From positions 78,418 to 135,176 of the IMG/VR virus record IMGVR_UViG_3300016484_000735: a stretch of 56,759 nt of DNA; one strand, 5' to 3'. Positions 27,711 to 37,589 of this stretch are shown piece after piece. Each line of letters opens with the position of its first letter. Within the stretch, counting starts at the first letter, position 1. The DNA comes from a virus. A model generated the notes under the pieces. The model ran no database searches. It was not told the DNA's origin and worked only from the letters and a program-made list of their open reading frames with translations. The position numbers and the translations under genes are program-made.

Positions 27711-30101
27711 ATGCAAAAGACAAACATCAACGTAACGAAGCGCGACGGAACCACGATGCCGTTCGATCTTGCCAAGTGGCAGGCTCAGATCGCAACCGTG
27801 TGCGAAGGGATCCCGAACGTTTCACCATCCATGATCGAGATTGCTGCGCAAGCGGAGTTCCGAGATGGCATGACAACCCGTGAACTCGACCAGATCGCTC
27901 TGAAGTCGATGGTGAACCTGATCGACGAGGAAGAGAACCCGGACGTTGGTGCTGTGGAGTACGCCCTCGCCGCTGGTCGCCAACGCGTCTCGATGCTGCG
28001 AAAGGACGTGTACGGTCAGTACACCGTCCCGCACCTGTACGACATCGTGAAGAAGAACGTCGAACTCGATCTGTACACGCACGAACTCCTCGAGTGGTAC
28101 ACGAAGGACGAGTGGAACAAGATGAACTCGTGGATCGACCACGAGCGCGATGAAGAGCTGCCGTACGCCGCCGTCGATCAGCTGATCGAGAAGTACCTCG
28201 TTCGGAACCGTGCCACGAACCTGATCGTCGAGACGCCGCAAGTCCGGTACATGATCGCTGCTGCCGTTGCGTTCCATGCCGAGAAGAAGGATCGGATGAA
28301 GTGGGTTCGCGACTTCTACGATGCTGCCTCTGAAGGGATGTTCACGCTGGCGACTCCGGTTCTGGCTGGTCTCGGCACGAAGACGAAGCAGTTCAGCTCG
28401 TGCGTTCTGCTGAAGACCGACGACTCGTTGAAGTCGATCTTCGCCACCGGACAGGTGATGGCTGAGTACGCATCGAAGCGTGCTGGTATCGGGCTGGACA
28501 TCGGTCGGATGCGTCCGCTCGGCGCTTCGATCCGGAACGGCGAAGTGATGCACACTGGCATCGTTCCGTTCCTGAAGAAGTGGTTCGGCGATCTGCGTTC
28601 GTGCTCGCAAGGCGGGATCCGGAACGCTTCGGCAACTGTGAACCTTCCGATCTGGCACTACCAGTTCGACGACTTCATCGTTCTGAAGAACAACCAGGGC
28701 ACCGACGAAACTCGCGTTCGCCAGATGGACTACTGCGTGGTGATGTCGGCGTTCTTCTGGCGTCGGTACTACTCGCAAGGCACGATCACGTTCTTCGACC
28801 CGAACCAGGTGCCGGACCTGTACGAAGCGTACTACCGCGACAGCGCCGAGTTCGAACGCCTGTACAAGCTGTATGAGACGCGCAAGGATCTGCGCACGAA
28901 AACGCTGCCGGCTGAGAAGGTGATCAATTCGATGTTCATGAAGGAACGCTCGGACACTGGGCGGTACTACATCCTGAACATCGACAACGTCCAAGCTCAG
29001 GGCCCGTTCGATGCGTCGATCCACCCGGTGTACCAGACGAATCTGTGCACTGAGATCATGCAGCACACTCGTCCGTTCCAGACGGTCGAGGATCCGGATG
29101 GTCGAATCGCGCTATGCACGCTGGGTTCGGTGAACTGGGGCAAGTTCCGTCATCCGGAAGAGATGCGTCGTCCGATCCGTCTGCTGCATCGCTGCCTCCA
29201 CAACCTGCTGCAGTACCAGGACTTCCTGTCGGTGCACAGCGAGATGCACAACAAGGAGTTCGAGCCGCTGGGTATCGGCGTCACGAACCTTGCGTACTGG
29301 CACGCGAAGCGCAAGATGAAGTACGGGTCGGAAGACTCGCTGGCTGAAGTGAAGCGCTGGATGGAACACCAGTCGTTCTATCTCACCGAGATGAGCGTTG
29401 ATCTGGCTGAAGAGAAGGGGAAGTGTCTCGCCTCAGATGACACGTGGTACGGCAAGGGTGTGTTCACTCACGAACGTCGTGCACCTGGCGTGAACGAACT
29501 CACTGACTTCACGCCGGAGATGCCGTGGGAAGACCTCCGTCCTCGCATGATCAAGTTCGGTGTTCGGAACGCCACGACGGGCGCGATCGCTCCAGTCGAA
29601 TCGTCGTCCGTCGTGCTGACCTCGACGAACGGTGTGAACTGGGTGAAGCAGCTGATCGTCGTGAAGGAGTCGAAGGCTGGTCTGGTGGTCCAAGTCGTGC
29701 CTGAGTACCGGAAGCTCAAGAAGCACTACGAGATCATGTTCGATCAACCGGACTGCGCACCGTACCTGAAGGTCGTCGCTGTGATGCAAGCGTACGTCGA
29801 TCAAGGGATCAGTGCCGATACGCCGTACTCGCCGAAGCACTTCAAGGACGGCAAGATCCCGCTGACCCTCGTCGTGAAGAACCTGATGCTCGCACACAAG
29901 TGGGGCTTCAAGTCGCACTACTACCACCTGGTCGACAAGGAAGGCGCGATCGCTGCGATCAAGAAGGACGAACACCAAGAAGCCCGTGAGCGCGATGTAG
30001 CTGCCGTGAAGGCAGCGACGATCGAGCAGAAGGTGCTGTCGCTGACGACACTTCAAGCCGATGCGGGCGATGACGACTACTGCGAGAGCTGCGTACTGTA
30101 A
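27711..30101 (+). CDS. nrdA: Ribonucleotide reductase class Ia alpha subunit
   Basis: VTKRDG ATP cone, ETPQ, QFSSC, TNLCTEI, ALCTLG and C-terminal CESC. Confidence 0.95.
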   Translation: MQKTNINVTKRDGTTMPFDLAKWQAQIATVCEGIPNVSPSMIEIAAQAEFRDGMTTRELDQIALKSMVNLIDEEENPDVGAVEYALAAGRQRVSMLRKDVYGQYTVPHLYDIVKKNVELDLYTHELLEWYTKDEWNKMNSWIDHERDEELPYAAVDQLIEKYLVRNRATNLIVETPQVRYMIAAAVAFHAEKKDRMKWVRDFYDAASEGMFTLATPVLAGLGTKTKQFSSCVLLKTDDSLKSIFATGQVMAEYASKRAGIGLDIGRMRPLGASIRNGEVMHTGIVPFLKKWFGDLRSCSQGGIRNASATVNLPIWHYQFDDFIVLKNNQGTDETRVRQMDYCVVMSAFFWRRYYSQGTITFFDPNQVPDLYEAYYRDSAEFERLYKLYETRKDLRTKTLPAEKVINSMFMKERSDTGRYYILNIDNVQAQGPFDASIHPVYQTNLCTEIMQHTRPFQTVEDPDGRIALCTLGSVNWGKFRHPEEMRRPIRLLHRCLHNLLQYQDFLSVHSEMHNKEFEPLGIGVTNLAYWHAKRKMKYGSEDSLAEVKRWMEHQSFYLTEMSVDLAEEKGKCLASDDTWYGKGVFTHERRAPGVNELTDFTPEMPWEDLRPRMIKFGVRNATTGAIAPVESSSVVLTSTNGVNWVKQLIVVKESKAGLVVQVVPEYRKLKKHYEIMFDQPDCAPYLKVVAVMQAYVDQGISADTPYSPKHFKDGKIPLTLVVKNLMLAHKWGFKSHYYHLVDKEGAIAAIKKDEHQEARERDVAAVKAATIEQKVLSLTTLQADAGDDDYCESCVL

Positions 30102-30113
30102 AGAGAACAACGA

Positions 30114-31223
30114 ATGAGCACATCTGACTTCACCAAGAACCCTGAGTACCTCGGTCGCCAGATGTTCCTCGACCCAGCCGGTCGAGTGACCATCCAACGA
30201 TACGAGGAGCACGCGTACCCGACGGTCGCGAAGTACGTCGACACTCAGAAGGGCTTCTTCTGGGTTCCAGAGGAGATCACCCTCGTCAAGGACAAGATTG
30301 ACTTCAAGAACGCGAGCGACACGGTCCGTCACATCTTCACGTCGAACCTCCTGCGCCAGACCGCGCTCGACTCGATTCAAGGTCGTTCGCCCGTCGAGTG
30401 CTTCTTCCCGGTCGTGTCCGTGCCGGAAGCCGAAGCTCTCGTGCTGTGGTGGTCGTCGTTCGAGCAGATCCACAGCAAGTCGTACTCGCACATCATTCGG
30501 AACATCTACAATGTTCCTGAAGAGGAGTTCAACCGGATCCACGATACGAAGGAGATCGTGGCGATGGCAGCGAACATCGGGAAGTACTACGAGGAGCTGT
30601 ACCGCATCAATGCGATCCTGACGATCTACGGCGGGTACAACGAAGGTCCACTGCCGGTCACCGAAGAACAGCACATCGATGCGATCTGGATGGCACTGCA
30701 CGCGAGCTACGCTCTCGAGGCGATCCGGTTCATGGTCTCGTTCGCGACGTCGCTCGGGATGGTCGAGAACAAGATCTTCATCGGGAACGGGAACGTGATC
30801 AGCCTGATTCTGAAGGACGAGCTGCTGCACACCGACTGGACCGCGTACATTCTGAACCGCATCGTTCGTGATGACCCACGATTCGCCGCTGCTCGCGATC
30901 GTTGCAAGGACGCCGTGTACGCGATGTACATGAGTGTGATCGACGAAGAGAAGGCTTGGGCGGACTACCTGTTCAAGCTCGGCACAGTGATCGGCCTGAA
31001 CGCTCAGGTCATGAAGAACTTCGTCGACTTCACCGCTCAGTTCCGCCTGCGCGAGATCGGCATCCGTTACGATGCCGGCATCAAGTCGACGCCGCTGCCT
31101 TGGTTCAACAAGCACCTGAACACCTCGAAGAAGCAGACCGCGCTTCAAGAGAACGAAAGCACCGCGTACGTGATCGGCTCGATGACGTCCGACGTGAACT
31201 ACGAAGAACTGCCACGCATCTAA
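30114..31223 (+). CDS. nrdB: Ribonucleotide reductase class Ia beta subunit
   Basis: FFWVPEE, QTALDSIQGR, EQIHSKSY, LEAIRF, DELLH, ALQE.E..AY. Confidence 0.95.
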   Translation: MSTSDFTKNPEYLGRQMFLDPAGRVTIQRYEEHAYPTVAKYVDTQKGFFWVPEEITLVKDKIDFKNASDTVRHIFTSNLLRQTALDSIQGRSPVECFFPVVSVPEAEALVLWWSSFEQIHSKSYSHIIRNIYNVPEEEFNRIHDTKEIVAMAANIGKYYEELYRINAILTIYGGYNEGPLPVTEEQHIDAIWMALHASYALEAIRFMVSFATSLGMVENKIFIGNGNVISLILKDELLHTDWTAYILNRIVRDDPRFAAARDRCKDAVYAMYMSVIDEEKAWADYLFKLGTVIGLNAQVMKNFVDFTAQFRLREIGIRYDAGIKSTPLPWFNKHLNTSKKQTALQENESTAYVIGSMTSDVNYEELPRI

Positions 31224-31235
31224 GGAGAACTCCGA

Positions 31236-31481
31236 ATGTACACCGTGTACTCGAAACCGAACTGCACTTTCTGCGACCAATCGAAGGCCCTGCTCGAGTC
31301 GAAGGGGATCTCGTTCGAGGTCGTGAACCTTGATGTTGGTCAGCCGAAGGCGGATGATCAGCAGTACATCAGCCGTGATGACCTGCTCTCGAAGATCCCA
31401 GGCGCTCGTACGATGCCGCAGATCATGGAGGACGGTGTTCTCGTCGGTGGGTTCCAGGAGCTGCGGAAGCGCCTGGGCTGA
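31236..31481 (+). CDS. Glutaredoxin
   Basis: CTFC, TMPQI, VGGF; follows nrdB. Confidence 0.9.
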   Translation: MYTVYSKPNCTFCDQSKALLESKGISFEVVNLDVGQPKADDQQYISRDDLLSKIPGARTMPQIMEDGVLVGGFQELRKRLG

Positions 31482-31497
31482 TCGAGTTCTGATTCAA

Positions 31498-31521
31498 GAA
31501 GGGGCCCAATTGGGTCCCTTC
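31498..31521. terminator. Terminator-like hairpin
   Basis: GAAGGGGCCC-AATT-GGGTCCCTTC. Confidence 0.6.
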
Positions 31522-31568
31522 GGGCTTCTAGACGGCAGAGCCATAAATAGGCTATCGCAGGAGTTCAC

Positions 31569-32030
31569 ATGGCAGACCTTTCCGTATCGGCAGAAGTAGC
31601 AGCTTCTGCAACCACCGCAGTAGCAGACCCGATCCTGAAGCAGAAGTCGTATATCGTCGACCTCTTCGGGCTGTACTTCAATGCGCCAGCCGTTGCTGTC
31701 CTGTTGCTGACGCTCGGCATCTTGTTCCTGTTCTACCGGATTCAGAAGTCTGGGAAGCTTGACTTCGCAGACATGCTCACGAAGGATGGGCGTGCGATCT
31801 CGCTCACGAAGGTCCTGCAGTTGATCGGCGGCCTCACAGCCACTTGGATCATGATCAAGCTCACCCTGACGAACACGCTCACTGAGTCGCTGCTCGGTCT
31901 GTACCTTGCGTACGTTGGCGCTATCGAGGGATACTCGAAGTTCGTTGCCGCGAAGTACAACTACAAGGAAGGCTCAGTGCTTGACAATGAGCGTGCTCCT
32001 ACCGAAGAAACAAAGTCCAAGACGGAGTAA
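31569..32030 (+). CDS. Membrane protein, possible holin
   Basis: Three hydrophobic segments and a charged C-tail; late promoter at 31544. Confidence 0.5.
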   Translation: MADLSVSAEVAASATTAVADPILKQKSYIVDLFGLYFNAPAVAVLLLTLGILFLFYRIQKSGKLDFADMLTKDGRAISLTKVLQLIGGLTATWIMIKLTLTNTLTESLLGLYLAYVGAIEGYSKFVAAKYNYKEGSVLDNERAPTEETKSKTE

Positions 32031-32033
32031 CCA

Positions 32034-35000
32034 ATGAACCTGTCCTTCCGCCAAGGCCTGATCTCGTTCCAGAGCGGCGCCTTCCTCACCCCTTCGAACA
32101 CGAACGGGTACATCGATCTCTCGGTGACGCCAACACCGTTCATCGGCACGATCGCTCACGGCTCGTCTGACTACCTGATCCGCTTCGACGCTACCGTCGC
32201 CCCGGCTTGGGGTCCGCTCCAGCCTGGCCTCGACAACTACCTGTTCCTCGAGCTGAACCTGATCACTGGTGCGATCACTCACGGGATCACGACACGGGAG
32301 CCGATCTCGTCGACTGTTGAGCCAACCGTCGGCATCGTTGCCGGCCAGATGTGGTTCGACCTCACCGAGAAGGTGTTCAAGGTCCGCAGCAACGACAACA
32401 CGAAGTGGATCGTCTCACCACGTCTGGTCGTTGGTTACGCTGAGAACGGCTCGACGAACGGCATCCAGATGTACTCCGCCGGCACTCGTGTCGGTCTGAA
32501 CGAACAAGGTCGTCCTGGGTACTTCATGCTCGACTCGCAGCTCCGCCCGCTGCGTACTTCGACTGGTGAACTCCTGACCCAAGCAACTCCGGTCCGAGTG
32601 AAGACTACGGTCGGCACAGCCGGTGTGCTTGCTGAGCCGATGAACACGTTCATCCCGGCTCGCGCAGATCAGCCGATCCCAGCACTGCGTCTTGTGTACT
32701 TCAGCGGATCTGACTCGATCTCACTCGCATCGTCTGATCCGTCGCTCACTTCGCTGAAGACGCCAGTCGGTATCGTTCAACACGCGCTGGCCACGAACGA
32801 AGTTGGCACTGTCGTTCAGAACGGCGTGATCACCTCAGACCAGTTCAACTGGGCATCGACTGAAATCGGGAAGCCGCTGTACTGTGGGTTCGCTGGCGAG
32901 ATCACGACGTCTCGTCCGCAGTCGATCCTCGCGTACCGTGTCGGCTACGTGAAGAACGCGAACTCGATGCTGTTCGACATCGACGCTGAGACGGCCGTTC
33001 AAGTCGCCGCCGCCGAAGCCACGATCATCTCTGGCGTCCCACCGCTGAACGCAGACACCGCGCCGAACGCACTGAACGAGAACGTCACAACGATCTCGAT
33101 GACGGAAGCTGACAGCCTGCACGACGGGTACCTCACCTCCGTGAACTACAACACGTTCACTGGGTTCGGCACTCGCATTACCGATGCTGAAGCGAACATC
33201 GTCGATCTTCAGACGAACAAGGCTGACGTCACGCACACACAGCCGATCGACTCTGTCATCGGCCTGACCTCTGCGCTCGATGTGCTCACGGCCGCCGTCG
33301 ACTCGAAGGCTACGAAGGCGATCCCAGCCGTCGCTGGCACGTTCCCATCGCTCACCGCTCAGGGCGATCTCGTTGACAGCCTGCTCGGCCCGTCGTCGTT
33401 CGCTCTGGCGCTGCACACTCACCCGATCTCAGAAGTCACGAACCTCCAGACCGTGCTCGACGGGAAGTCGAACGTCGGACACACTCACGTGATCACCGAC
33501 ACGACTGGACTGCAAGCGGCGCTAGATGCGAAGGCTGCTGTGAACCACAGCCACACGATCGCGAACGTCACTGGACTTCAGACCGCCCTCGACAACAAGG
33601 CTCCGCTGGTGCACTCGCACATCATCACCGATGTGACTGGGCTGCAGGAAGCGCTCGATGCGAAGGCGGCGTTCGTGCACCTGCACGAGATCTCTGATGT
33701 GAACGGGCTTCAACTCGCACTGAACGGCAAGGCGAACACCGTGCACACGCACGCGATCGCTGACACCACTGGTCTTCAGGCTGCACTCGACGGCAAGGCT
33801 TCGCTCGCGCACACGCATGTTTCGTCTGATGTCACCGACTTCGGCGAAGCAGTCGATGATCGTGTTTCGACTCTGCTGCAAGCAGGGGCTGGCATCTCGC
33901 TGCAGTACCTCGACGGTTCGAACCAGCTCGTTATCGCATCGACTGGCTCGGCCGCTTCGCTGCTCCTGACCTCGACTGACGCATCCGGCACGCTTGTCAC
34001 ATCAGAGGCTACATCTGACCTGGTGCTCTCGCCGCAGTTCCAGACGAACAAGCCAGTTGGCCAGCCGCGCACGATTTCCATCCGCCCTCTGAACATCTAC
34101 GAAGGTGGAACTCTGCGGATGACGTATCCGTCGAGCCTCGGCAACGCGCTCACCGAGATGAAGCTCGTGTTCGGCACTGGTCTCACGGCCACTGTCTCTG
34201 GCACGAACGACTCGGTCGTCACCGTGAACTCGGTCGCCCCGACGTCGCTTGACGCACTCGACGACGTGGTCCTGACCTCGCCGACCTCAAACGAAGTCCT
34301 GTCGTTCAACGGGTCTGAGTGGGTGAACAGCCCACTTCAGATCCCACAAGTTCTGAAGAATCTGAACGACGTCGATGATCTTCTGGCGCCGGGCGAAGGG
34401 CAGGTCCTGATGTTCACCAGCGGCCAGTGGACAGCTGGTTCTGTGAACGTGCCGACCGTGCTGATGAACCTCGACGACGTGGCGAACGAAGTCGCCACGA
34501 GCGGCCAGATCCTGAAGTTCAATGGCACTGAGTGGGCACCAGGTTACGAGTCGATCACCACGCTCGCATCGCTCACCGACGTGGCGAACACCGTGCCGAC
34601 GCCTGGTCAAGTCCTGACGTTCGACGGCTCTCAGTGGATTGCTAGCAATGCAGCCACTGCGGGTGCAAGCACCCTGGCTTCGCTCACCGACGTGTCGATC
34701 CCGTCGCCGATTTCAGGCCAAGTCCTGAAGTACAACGGTGGACAATGGGTTGCTGCTGCAGACAATGCGCCAGTGAACCTCAGCGATCTGAACGATGTTG
34801 CATCGACCGCTCCGACGACAGGCCAAGTCCTGAAGTTCAACGGAACCGAGTGGGCACCTGGTATTGATTCGGCTCCAGCTGTTCTTGCCGAGCTCACTGA
34901 CGTGTCGAACACCCCACCGACGGCAGGCCAAGTCCTGAAGTTCAACGGAACCGAGTGGGCACCTGGTATTGATTCGGCTCCAGCCGTTCTTGCCGAGCTC

Positions 35001-35255
35001 ACCGACGTGTCGGACACGGCTCCAGTGGCAGGCCAAGTCCTGAAGTACAACGGCACCGAGTGGGCACCTGGCGCCGTTCAAGTTCCGCAGACGATCGACG
35101 AACTCACAGACGTTGATACGACGACAGTTGCTCCAACTGTCGGCCAGGTACTTGCCTGGACCGGCTCCACCTGGGCTCCGGCCACGGTCGCTTCTGGTGG
35201 CTCGAACCTCACCCCAACCACAACGGTCACGTTCGGTACCCCGATCATGTCGTAA
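32034..35255 (+). CDS. Large virion fibre protein with HxH repeats and L.DL.DV..GQVL.FNG..W repeats
   Basis: Seven 22-aa HxH..D..GLQ.ALD.K repeats and nine GQVLKFNGTEW-type repeats. Confidence 0.85.
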   Translation: MNLSFRQGLISFQSGAFLTPSNTNGYIDLSVTPTPFIGTIAHGSSDYLIRFDATVAPAWGPLQPGLDNYLFLELNLITGAITHGITTREPISSTVEPTVGIVAGQMWFDLTEKVFKVRSNDNTKWIVSPRLVVGYAENGSTNGIQMYSAGTRVGLNEQGRPGYFMLDSQLRPLRTSTGELLTQATPVRVKTTVGTAGVLAEPMNTFIPARADQPIPALRLVYFSGSDSISLASSDPSLTSLKTPVGIVQHALATNEVGTVVQNGVITSDQFNWASTEIGKPLYCGFAGEITTSRPQSILAYRVGYVKNANSMLFDIDAETAVQVAAAEATIISGVPPLNADTAPNALNENVTTISMTEADSLHDGYLTSVNYNTFTGFGTRITDAEANIVDLQTNKADVTHTQPIDSVIGLTSALDVLTAAVDSKATKAIPAVAGTFPSLTAQGDLVDSLLGPSSFALALHTHPISEVTNLQTVLDGKSNVGHTHVITDTTGLQAALDAKAAVNHSHTIANVTGLQTALDNKAPLVHSHIITDVTGLQEALDAKAAFVHLHEISDVNGLQLALNGKANTVHTHAIADTTGLQAALDGKASLAHTHVSSDVTDFGEAVDDRVSTLLQAGAGISLQYLDGSNQLVIASTGSAASLLLTSTDASGTLVTSEATSDLVLSPQFQTNKPVGQPRTISIRPLNIYEGGTLRMTYPSSLGNALTEMKLVFGTGLTATVSGTNDSVVTVNSVAPTSLDALDDVVLTSPTSNEVLSFNGSEWVNSPLQIPQVLKNLNDVDDLLAPGEGQVLMFTSGQWTAGSVNVPTVLMNLDDVANEVATSGQILKFNGTEWAPGYESITTLASLTDVANTVPTPGQVLTFDGSQWIASNAATAGASTLASLTDVSIPSPISGQVLKYNGGQWVAAADNAPVNLSDLNDVASTAPTTGQVLKFNGTEWAPGIDSAPAVLAELTDVSNTPPTAGQVLKFNGTEWAPGIDSAPAVLAELTDVSDTAPVAGQVLKYNGTEWAPGAVQVPQTIDELTDVDTTTVAPTVGQVLAWTGSTWAPATVASGGSNLTPTTTVTFGTPIMS
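33414..33830 (+). repeat. 66-bp in-frame repeat x7 (HxH motif)
   Basis: H-x-H codons at a 66-bp period from 33414 to 33810. Confidence 0.85.
34819..35072 (+). repeat. 105-bp near-identical tandem repeat, about 2.5 copies
   Basis: CAGGCCAAGTCCTGAAG at 34819, 34924 and 35029. Confidence 0.85.
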
Positions 35256-35269
35256 TCAAGGAATAACAA

Positions 35270-35968
35270 ATGCCGATTGTTTCTGGTGTAACCCATACCC
35301 TTCGTGCCTCCGATGAAGGCACTCGTGTACGCCTGCATGTTCTAGTCTCACCGACCGTGACGGTGTTGATCGGCTCCACGGAGGAGACTTGGACCCCGGG
35401 TTCAAAGATCGAAGTTGTGAATCACCTCGGATCATACGATACAATCACCTTCGGCGGCGATGCCGGAGTCACTGTTAATTCGTACCCAGACGGCGAGGTC
35501 GCTCTTGCGCCGGGTGAGGCGGCAACAGTGTACTGCGTCTCAGCGACCGAGTTCGATGTCCAGAAGGTCGCGAAGGCGCCGAACCTGACTGATTACGCTC
35601 GTTTGAGCGAAGTGAACGTATTCTCAGCTGCGCAGGTCGTGGCCCCGGCTTATCCGACCGGCAGCGGTCTGGTCTCGTTCGACTGCACGCTCTCGAATAC
35701 GTTCTTCTTTGAACTCACTGGTTCCACTACGATCACGATGACCGGTGCGTACAACGGCCAGATCGTGAACATCATCGTTCGGAATGCTGGTACTGGACTC
35801 GAAACCCTGTCCTTCGATACTTCGATGCTCTGGGCTGGTGGCGTTGTCCCGACGAACACACAAGAAGTCGGTGCCGTTGACTTGATCGTTGCACGGTACA
35901 GCTCCGACCTGAGCTCTTGGCTCTGCACGATGTACGCCGACTTCAAGGCAGCTGCTCTGCCGTCGTAA
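35270..35968 (+). CDS. Putative virion structural protein
   Basis: Beta-rich; W.GG..PT...GAVD tail-associated motif; co-transcribed with the fibre gene. Confidence 0.7.
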   Translation: MPIVSGVTHTLRASDEGTRVRLHVLVSPTVTVLIGSTEETWTPGSKIEVVNHLGSYDTITFGGDAGVTVNSYPDGEVALAPGEAATVYCVSATEFDVQKVAKAPNLTDYARLSEVNVFSAAQVVAPAYPTGSGLVSFDCTLSNTFFFELTGSTTITMTGAYNGQIVNIIVRNAGTGLETLSFDTSMLWAGGVVPTNTQEVGAVDLIVARYSSDLSSWLCTMYADFKAAALPS

Positions 35969-35969
35969 T

Positions 35970-36029
35970 TGTAACGTCTTCCGTTCGTTACAATTTTCCG
36001 ATGTACTGATTCGGAGGGCGTGGTATAGT
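35970..36029 (+). promoter_or_regulatory. Paired-box promoter, copy 4 (leaderless)
   Basis: TGTAAC 35970, GTTACA 35987, ATGTAC-17-TATAGT (36024); ATG at 36037. Confidence 0.75.
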
Positions 36030-36036
36030 TCATCCT

Positions 36037-36336
36037 ATGCTACAACTCTCCGCTGAACATTCCGCCCGCTGGTGTCATGCTCGGAACCTTCTGATGGCGA
36101 TCGTCGTGAAGGCCGAGACACACGGCGCCGCGATCCGGTACCGAGACGAGTTCGTGAAGCCTGATCAGTTCGTGTTCGACGACCTGCGTGGGCGTGTCAC
36201 GATCGTCGACGGGAACGTCACGTACCTTCTGTACGATGCGAACCCGGAACTCGATCACGGATCGTACGACACGATCGAGCACACCGCTGCGTGGATCCGT
36301 GAAGCCTTCAAGCTGTACAAGCCTGTGGAGTACTGA
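36037..36336 (+). CDS. Hypothetical protein
   Basis: ORF after promoter copy 4. Confidence 0.65.
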   Translation: MLQLSAEHSARWCHARNLLMAIVVKAETHGAAIRYRDEFVKPDQFVFDDLRGRVTIVDGNVTYLLYDANPELDHGSYDTIEHTAAWIREAFKLYKPVEY

Positions 36337-36337
36337 C

Positions 36338-36544
36338 ATGACCCTGTTCATCGCGAAGTACGACCTGGAGAAGCGTGAGTACCTCGGCGACAACATGATC
36401 GTTGAGACCGGCAGCGTCGCGCTAGTCCGGGCCGACGACATCCGCGCTGCCGAGGCGAAGCTCGAAGATCACCTGAACCGCCCCGATCCGTACGGCACCT
36501 CGTACCGGATCGTGAACGTGGAGCTCTCCGCCTGCATCGAGTGA
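36338..36544 (+). CDS. Hypothetical protein
   Basis: ATG 1 nt after the previous stop. Confidence 0.6.
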   Translation: MTLFIAKYDLEKREYLGDNMIVETGSVALVRADDIRAAEAKLEDHLNRPDPYGTSYRIVNVELSACIE

Positions 36545-36591
36545 CCTAGTTCTAGGTTCGTCGAATGTCATGCCTGAAGTAAAATTCAGGC

Positions 36592-37062
36592 ATGGAACAG
36601 AATCTACCACCAATCACCATCAACCCGAACCGGATCGAGCTAGATGAAGCGTACCTTCAGATGGCAGAAGTCTGGGCGAAACGCTCGAAGGCGAATCGAC
36701 TTCAGGTCGGTGCTCTCGTCGTGGTCGGCACGCAGATCATCTCTGACGGATACAACGGGATGCCGAGTGGCTGGCCCGATGACGTCTGCGAAGTGCACGG
36801 TCCCGACGGGAAGCTGCTCACGAAGCCGGAACTCCTTCACGCGGAAGCGAACGCGCTTACGAAGATCGCACGTGACGGCCACGGTCGAGCGAATGGCGGG
36901 ACGCTGTACACCACCGACTCTCCGTGCCCTGAGTGCGCGAAGCTCGCGAAGCAGTGCGGCATCAGCCGCGTCGTGTACCGTCGGCAGTACCGTCTGCTGG
37001 ACGGGATCCGGATGCTCGAACGTCTCGGCATCCCGGTCGAACAACTGAAGGCACCAGAATGA
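36592..37062 (+). CDS. dCMP deaminase
   Basis: GYNGMP, HAEANAL, SPCPECAK. Confidence 0.92.
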   Translation: MEQNLPPITINPNRIELDEAYLQMAEVWAKRSKANRLQVGALVVVGTQIISDGYNGMPSGWPDDVCEVHGPDGKLLTKPELLHAEANALTKIARDGHGRANGGTLYTTDSPCPECAKLAKQCGISRVVYRRQYRLLDGIRMLERLGIPVEQLKAPE

Positions 37063-37316
37063 TCATCAAGACCACCGTCACCGAGAAGCGTGACGTCGAA
37101 GTTCAAGTGACGCCGTTCGAGGCGTACGTCGCTCTTCGCGAAGAAGTGCTTCGCGATCTTGGCATCAAGGACCCGTGGGCCTACGTGTCCGATGATGGAC
37201 GTATCGTCGCGGCGGCAGGCAGCACCGAGATCGAGCTCATTCGGGAACCGAGCGACATCCAGAAGCGAGCCCTGAAGGCGTTCAGCGAGATCCACTGGCT
37301 CCTAATCCGTGACTGA
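37059..37316 (+). CDS. Hypothetical protein
   Basis: ATGA overlap. Confidence 0.65.
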   Translation: MIIKTTVTEKRDVEVQVTPFEAYVALREEVLRDLGIKDPWAYVSDDGRIVAAAGSTEIELIREPSDIQKRALKAFSEIHWLLIRD

Positions 37317-37337
37317 ACACGAACCGCCGAGGACACC

Positions 37338-37589
37338 ATGCCAAGTTTCGAATCGACCCCGCAGTACATCGAGAAGCACAAGTTCGTGAAGAACCCGCAA
37401 GTTCGTCGTGAGACGTTCAATCCCGAGAACGACGCACACGTTGCCTCGTTCCGTTCGTTCGTCGCCACCGGGAACTGGGGCGACGTGATGTTCTTCAGCG
37501 AGTTCCCGCACACCACGGTGCCATCGACCGTCACTGCGAAGTACCTGCGGTACATGCTCGGAATCACGGATGCAAAGTCTTCGAACTGA
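37338..37589 (+). CDS. Hypothetical protein
   Basis: GAGGA RBS; overlaps the next gene by 20 nt. Confidence 0.7.
   Translation: MPSFESTPQYIEKHKFVKNPQVRRETFNPENDAHVASFRSFVATGNWGDVMFFSEFPHTTVPSTVTAKYLRYMLGITDAKSSN

Noticed and set aside
27822-31280. Long minus-strand ORFs (e.g. 414 and 615 aa; also 38185-39969, 46331-47671, 51549-52772)
   Set aside because: Antisense shadows of well-supported + strand genes caused by biased codon usage; no motifs or RBS.
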